Origin: an uncultured Candidatus Saccharibacteria bacterium
Lineage (GTDB): Bacteria; Patescibacteriota; Minisyncoccia; Phycocordibacterales; XYD1-FULL-46-19
Length of the DNA: 47,660 bases
NCBI GenBank assembly: GCA_964446245.1
Contig: CAYUNI010000003.1
Coordinates: 1-47,660, forward strand
Direction: 5' to 3'
Shown: in pieces, positions 43,719 through 47,660 of the stretch
Position numbering within the stretch: the stretch's first letter is position 1
Layout: every line of letters starts with the position of its first letter
Translations under genes and position numbers: made by a program
Notes under the pieces: generated by a model
Databases searched by the model: none
Seen by the model: the letters and a program-made list of their open reading frames with translations, nothing else
Told to the model about the DNA's origin: nothing

Positions 43719-44573
43719 ATGAAGTTTTATTCACCATTAAGATATCCGGGTGGAAAAAACAAATTAGCAAAATTTGTTGCTTTGATATGTGAAAAAAATA
43801 ATATCAACGGACATTATATAGAACCATATGCTGGTGGTGCATCGGTCGCCTTACATCTTTTACTTAATGGGTATGTCAAAGAAATTACAATCAATGACTA
43901 CGATCGTGCTATATATGCTTTTTGGTACTCAGTATTAAATGATACTGATAAATTTTGTCGCAAGATTAAAAAGACAGAAGTTAATTTAGAGAACTGGAGA
44001 AAGTTCAAAAAGATACAAGATAATAAAGAAAAAGCACCTTTATTCGATCTGGGATTCTCCACATTCTTTTTAAATAGAACAAATCGTTCAGGAATTATAG
44101 ATGGCGGGATGATTGGTGGATTAGAACAAAATGGAAACTATGCGATTGATTGTCGTTTCAACAAAGATGAATTAATTGAAAGAATAAAATTTATTGCAAT
44201 ACACAAGAAGAATATCCATCTAAATAATCTTGATGCATTGGACCTTATTAAAGGAATTAAAAAAATGTCTGGTAAGAATAATACTATATTTTATTTTGAC
44301 CCCCCATACTATCTCAAAGGCCCATCACTTTATATGAACCATTACAAACATGATGACCATAAAAAAGTTAGTGATGAAATTAAAAAGATAAAAAACATAA
44401 AATGGATTGTTTCTTATGATAATACCCCTGAGATAAAAAAACTCTACTCATTCAGTAAGAAAAAGGAGTATTCATTCTTACATACCGCTTATGAAATTAG
44501 AGAAGGAAAAGAAGTACTGTTCTTCAGTAAAGATCTAATTATTCCAAGAGTTTCTCAGCCAACCAAGATTTAA
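43719..44573 (+). CDS. Dam-family (D12 class) N6-adenine DNA methyltransferase
   Basis: 284 aa. PLRYPGGK, SAM motif EPYAGGASVA, catalytic FYFDPPY. Confidence 0.85.
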   Translation: MKFYSPLRYPGGKNKLAKFVALICEKNNINGHYIEPYAGGASVALHLLLNGYVKEITINDYDRAIYAFWYSVLNDTDKFCRKIKKTEVNLENWRKFKKIQDNKEKAPLFDLGFSTFFLNRTNRSGIIDGGMIGGLEQNGNYAIDCRFNKDELIERIKFIAIHKKNIHLNNLDALDLIKGIKKMSGKNNTIFYFDPPYYLKGPSLYMNHYKHDDHKKVSDEIKKIKNIKWIVSYDNTPEIKKLYSFSKKKEYSFLHTAYEIREGKEVLFFSKDLIIPRVSQPTKI

Positions 44574-44576
44574 TTA

Positions 44577-45098
44577 TTATTTAGCTCTATATTTTTTAGG
44601 TCTATCACCCTTAAGTAATCTCTCAAAGGCCTCTAAGTTTCCCATAGCATCATGAACTGGATGGTGGTCGTGTTTCGTTATACGCAATCTCTTCCAAGAA
44701 GATGCATCTTTAAAGTCTCCAATTAAGCCAGCGTAAAAATCACCAATCCTACGACCGGAATATCCAAAGGGATTATTTCCAATGGTCCGGTGAAAGCTAT
44801 CATTGATCCATTGCCAATCAAAAGCAGGATTATCGCTTACAAACTTTGGCTTTTCATCGCCACAAATATCCTTTAACCATGCATTGAATTTTTCAAACAC
44901 TTCTTTCTCATCAAAAACAACACCGGTCCCAATTTTAAATTCAGGATTTTCTGGATCAGGCTTTCTTTCAATCAATACTCCATGGAAGGTAGCCTTTGAT
45001 GGGTATGCTACTGCGCCAAATTCAGTAAGCTTGCCCATACTTGGACACTTACCGTTTGCCTCGCAGTCTACAAATATTAAATTCTTTAAATCGTCCAT
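44577..45098 (-). CDS. DEDDh-type 3'-5' exonuclease (DnaQ-like fold)
   Basis: 173 aa. ExoI FVDCEANG, ExoII FVSDNPAFDWQW, ExoIII HHPVHDAMGN. Confidence 0.7.
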   Translation of the reverse strand: MDDLKNLIFVDCEANGKCPSMGKLTEFGAVAYPSKATFHGVLIERKPDPENPEFKIGTGVVFDEKEVFEKFNAWLKDICGDEKPKFVSDNPAFDWQWINDSFHRTIGNNPFGYSGRRIGDFYAGLIGDFKDASSWKRLRITKHDHHPVHDAMGNLEAFERLLKGDRPKKYRAK

Positions 45099-45184
45099 GG
45101 GTGCATTTTAACTCTTTGATTAAATAAGACATAATTCTCAGATCACTAGACTTCCTAAAAACCTTCCGGTATGTTCGTGTGTGC

Positions 45185-45496
45185 ATGAAAAAGAGGTTTA
45201 TAAAAGCACAGGAAAAAGATATTGCAGGCACAAGTCTTGTCGGCTACATCCTTTCCTCGTATGACAACCTTGTAAAGCATCTCGGCCAACCAAAAGACAT
45301 GTATGGCATATTCGGCGATTGGAAGACAAAGGCTGAATGGTCCTTCAAGACACGATCACCAAAGCCGACAGTCATCACCATCTACGACTACAAAGAAATA
45401 ATTCCAATATCAGAGGTTTGTACTTGGCATGTCGGCATGAAAGGAAATAAGAAATTATTAAATGATTTTTTAAAAGAATATAAACTATGCCAATAA
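45185..45496 (+). CDS. Hypothetical protein (103 aa)
   Basis: ATG at 45185 (the ORF track begins at a GTG at 45179). Overlaps the next ORF by 10 nt. No recognised motif. Confidence 0.5.
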   Translation: MKKRFIKAQEKDIAGTSLVGYILSSYDNLVKHLGQPKDMYGIFGDWKTKAEWSFKTRSPKPTVITIYDYKEIIPISEVCTWHVGMKGNKKLLNDFLKEYKLCQ

Positions 45497-45690
45497 TCGA
45501 TGACACAAAATGTCAGAAATGTAGAAGTGAGAAGATTATCTTTATTGAGTATGCTTGGGATCATCCCGAGCATTATGATGGTACAAGTGAAATCCAGTGC
45601 CTTGATTGTGGTGCTAGATTTGGTCGATGGTCCTGTAAGGAATTGGGTCCCAATGAGTATGAAAAAAGAAAGTGGTACAAAAAAGAATGA
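45487..45690 (+). CDS. Small zinc-ribbon protein (67 aa)
   Basis: CQKC...CLDC four-Cys pattern, translationally coupled to 45185-45496. Confidence 0.55.
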   Translation: MPIIDDTKCQKCRSEKIIFIEYAWDHPEHYDGTSEIQCLDCGARFGRWSCKELGPNEYEKRKWYKKE

Positions 45691-45759
45691 AATAAGCTTC
45701 TAAAATAAAGATAAATTCGGACCTTTAGTTTGATTACTAAAAATGCTAAAATACCAAGT

Positions 45760-46716
45760 ATGACTACTCAGCAAGCTATCAAAGAAATACAAAATAAATT
45801 TGATGTTAATGCTATCTTTGCATATAGAGTATATTCTCTTGCTGATAAGAAAAATCTATTTGAAGACGTTGCAAAAATAATCGCTGAAAAACCAAAGCCA
45901 TTCGTCAAATGGGTTGGTGGTAAAAGACAACTCTTAGCACAATTCAGGAAATTAAATTTATACCCACCTGAATTATTTGATATTAAAACCGGTAGATACT
46001 TTGAGCCGTTTGTCGGTGGTGGTGCAGTATTTTTTGATCTCCTTCCTGAAAAAGGATTCCTTTCTGATTTAAATAAAGAACTTGTTACCACATATAACAT
46101 TATTAAAAATGATGTAGATGCACTAATTGTATCTCTTAAGAAACACAAGACTGATAAAGAATATTTCTTAAAGATTCGTACCCAGGACCCGAACAAACTA
46201 AGTGATTTGAATGTTGCCTCACGTTTTATATTCCTCAACAGAACATGTTTCAACGGAATGTATCGAGTAAACAGCAAGGGCGGATTTAATGTACCATATG
46301 GTAAATACACTAACCCTTTGATTTGTGATGAAGACAACCTCAAAAAAGTTTCTAAGGCTTTGCAGGGAATAGAAATAAAACATCAGGATTACAAAGAGGT
46401 TCTCAAGAAATCTAAAAAAGGTGACTTTGTTTATTTTGATCCACCCTACTACCCAGTAAGTAAGACGGCATCATTTACATCGTACACAGCAGAATCATTC
46501 CTTGATAAAGAACAAATAGAGCTTAGAGATACGGTTCTAGAGCTACACAAGCGAGGATGCTACGTGATGCTCTCAAACTCAGACACACCATTCATCAATA
46601 AGATTTATTCAGGTTTCAAAGGTATACGGATTAACAAAGTTGAGGCAGGCCGAGCAATCAACTCAAAAGGTTCAGGTAGAGGAAAAATAACTGAGGTTCT
46701 CATAACAAATTACTAA
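45760..46716 (+). CDS. GATC-specific Dam-type methyltransferase, DpnM/M.MboIA-like
   Basis: Collinear with DpnM as I recall it: VKWVGGKRQLL, YFEPFVGGGAVFFDL, FNGMYRVNSKGGFNVPYG, DFVYFDPPY, YVMLSNS, GRGKITEVLITNY. The ATG at 45760 is preferred over the TTG at 45730. Confidence 0.9.
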   Translation: MTTQQAIKEIQNKFDVNAIFAYRVYSLADKKNLFEDVAKIIAEKPKPFVKWVGGKRQLLAQFRKLNLYPPELFDIKTGRYFEPFVGGGAVFFDLLPEKGFLSDLNKELVTTYNIIKNDVDALIVSLKKHKTDKEYFLKIRTQDPNKLSDLNVASRFIFLNRTCFNGMYRVNSKGGFNVPYGKYTNPLICDEDNLKKVSKALQGIEIKHQDYKEVLKKSKKGDFVYFDPPYYPVSKTASFTSYTAESFLDKEQIELRDTVLELHKRGCYVMLSNSDTPFINKIYSGFKGIRINKVEAGRAINSKGSGRGKITEVLITNY

Positions 46717-46718
46717 AT

Positions 46719-47576
46719 ATGAAAAAAGATTTTAATAACTTAATAACAACATTCAAAAGCTCAATTAAAACCTGGGACTATTTCGTTAATTGGAATAAGG
46801 TATTTTCAAATAGCTCAGAATTAGAGATTGCTTTAAACAAGCTTAACTACCTACTCGGTAAAGAGAATCTGAAGGAAGAATTTGTAAAACTTTACAGTTC
46901 AAATACTGACATAGTAAAAGCTCTTCCTGTCCTATTGGCGGTCCGAGAAAACAAGCTCGAGGTGTTTGATAAAGCAACTAAGAATTCTGAATTCTTTGAC
47001 TTTACTGGTAAAGAAAAAGATGCTGATAAGTATTTTGAATTCCTAGATAAATCTGGTCTTGCACGACTATTTCAAAAAGATGGAGTTAAAAATCTCGTCG
47101 ACTATGTAATGGGAGTAGAGGTTGGACTTGATAGTAATGGACGAAAGAATCGGGGCGGCACTTTAATGGAAGAAATAACAGGTGCTTTCTTAACTGATTT
47201 CTGCAATAAGAACGGTTATGAGTGTCTTGCTCAAGCACGTCCTAGTGCAATAAAAGCTAAATGGGGTTTTGATGTGAAAGTAGATAAATCAGAACGTAGC
47301 TTTGACTTTGCGATATACAACACTAAAAATAAGAAACTTAAACTATTTGAGGCTAACTTTTATAACGGTGGCGGATCTAAACTTAAAGCAGTTTGTGGAG
47401 AATTTAGAAGTCTCTACGATGAATTGAAAGCTCAGAATATTGATTTTATTTGGATAACTGATGGATTGGGCTGGAACACAACCAAGAGACCTCTTGAAGA
47501 AACATACAACCATAATGAGTATGTGTTCAATCTCAATATGCTCGAATCAGGCGCACTAAATGAACTAAAATGGTAA
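46719..47576 (+). CDS. Type II restriction endonuclease, DpnII/MboI family (GATC)
   Basis: 285 aa, collinear with R.DpnII as I recall it: WDYF..W.KV, ALPVLLAVR, FFDF, LVDYVMGVEVGLDSNGRKNRGG, FDFAI, EANFYNGGGSKL, FIWITDGLGW. Confidence 0.9.
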   Translation: MKKDFNNLITTFKSSIKTWDYFVNWNKVFSNSSELEIALNKLNYLLGKENLKEEFVKLYSSNTDIVKALPVLLAVRENKLEVFDKATKNSEFFDFTGKEKDADKYFEFLDKSGLARLFQKDGVKNLVDYVMGVEVGLDSNGRKNRGGTLMEEITGAFLTDFCNKNGYECLAQARPSAIKAKWGFDVKVDKSERSFDFAIYNTKNKKLKLFEANFYNGGGSKLKAVCGEFRSLYDELKAQNIDFIWITDGLGWNTTKRPLEETYNHNEYVFNLNMLESGALNELKW

Positions 47577-47582
47577 ATACTC

Positions 47583-47660
47583 ATGGCAATAAAGAAAGCT
47601 ACAGAACTAAAACTGCATCCGGAAGAATTCGAACTAGAATGTACAACAGTCTGGGCTTTT
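47583..47660 (+). CDS. Start of a further ORF, possibly the second methyltransferase of the MboI/DpnII-type cassette (3' end outside the window)
   Basis: Only 26 codons are visible (MAIKKATELKLHPEEFELECTTVWAF). The TTVWAF motif resembles the N-terminal (S/T)xW.F motif of some N4/N6 amino-methyltransferases, and the position matches mboC/dpnA. Confidence 0.35.
   Translation, partial: MAIKKATELKLHPEEFELECTTVWAF

Noticed and set aside
1-47660. Alternative genetic code (UGA recoding as in some candidate phyla), CRISPR arrays, rRNA/tRNA genes and IS/transposase genes.
   Set aside because: Conserved genes reach their expected lengths under the standard code, and TGA terminates the ParB-like gene 1 nt before the next ATG. 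By eye I found no regularly spaced direct repeats, no tRNA T-arm/acceptor pattern, no rRNA-like segments and no transposase or integrase ORF. A tRNAscan-SE, Infernal and CRISPR-finder run would be the definitive check.

Overview
This is a 47.66-kb, gene-dense, low-GC bacterial chromosome segment read with the standard code (TGA, TAG and TAA all act as stops). The small, partly trimmed housekeeping genes suggest a reduced-genome uncultivated lineage, possibly CPR/Patescibacteria-like. That placement is inference only. Layout: (1) nt 1-4112, plus strand: corA (5'-partial), cysS, dnaB, recR. (2) nt 4381-42017, an almost unbroken minus-strand run: rplU, rmuC, a DHH phosphoesterase, a PD-(D/E)XK nuclease, a marR-MFP-RND efflux operon, ddl, a receiver-only response regulator with its histidine kinase, contiguous uvrC-uvrA-uvrB, tgt, a 2-hydroxyacid dehydrogenase, ppsA, glycerate 2-kinase, pepF, envelope and membrane proteins (cyclophilin, TspO, ZIP, VanY-type peptidase, an FN3/PG-binding protein), an SRPBCC protein and peptidase E. 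(3) nt 42018-47660, a visibly more A/T-rich, mostly plus-strand restriction-modification/defence island. The island holds a ParB/Srx-like protein translationally coupled to a Dam-family methyltransferase, which is the best candidate for an undescribed system. It also holds a DEDDh exonuclease, two small phage-like ORFs, and an MboI/DpnII-type GATC cassette (M-R-second M, running off the window). By eye I found no rRNA, tRNA, CRISPR array or transposase. Other non-coding signals: a two-copy intergenic element built on a 40-44 bp perfect palindrome with compensatory changes. There are also several GC-rich structured intergenic islands that end in minus-strand intrinsic terminators just upstream of the next gene; one has its own promoter and a CCUCCUUUC anti-SD-like motif. 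Finally, a recurrent extended -10 box (TGnTAnAAT) sits 6-9 nt upstream of many ATG codons, implying widespread leaderless mRNAs.
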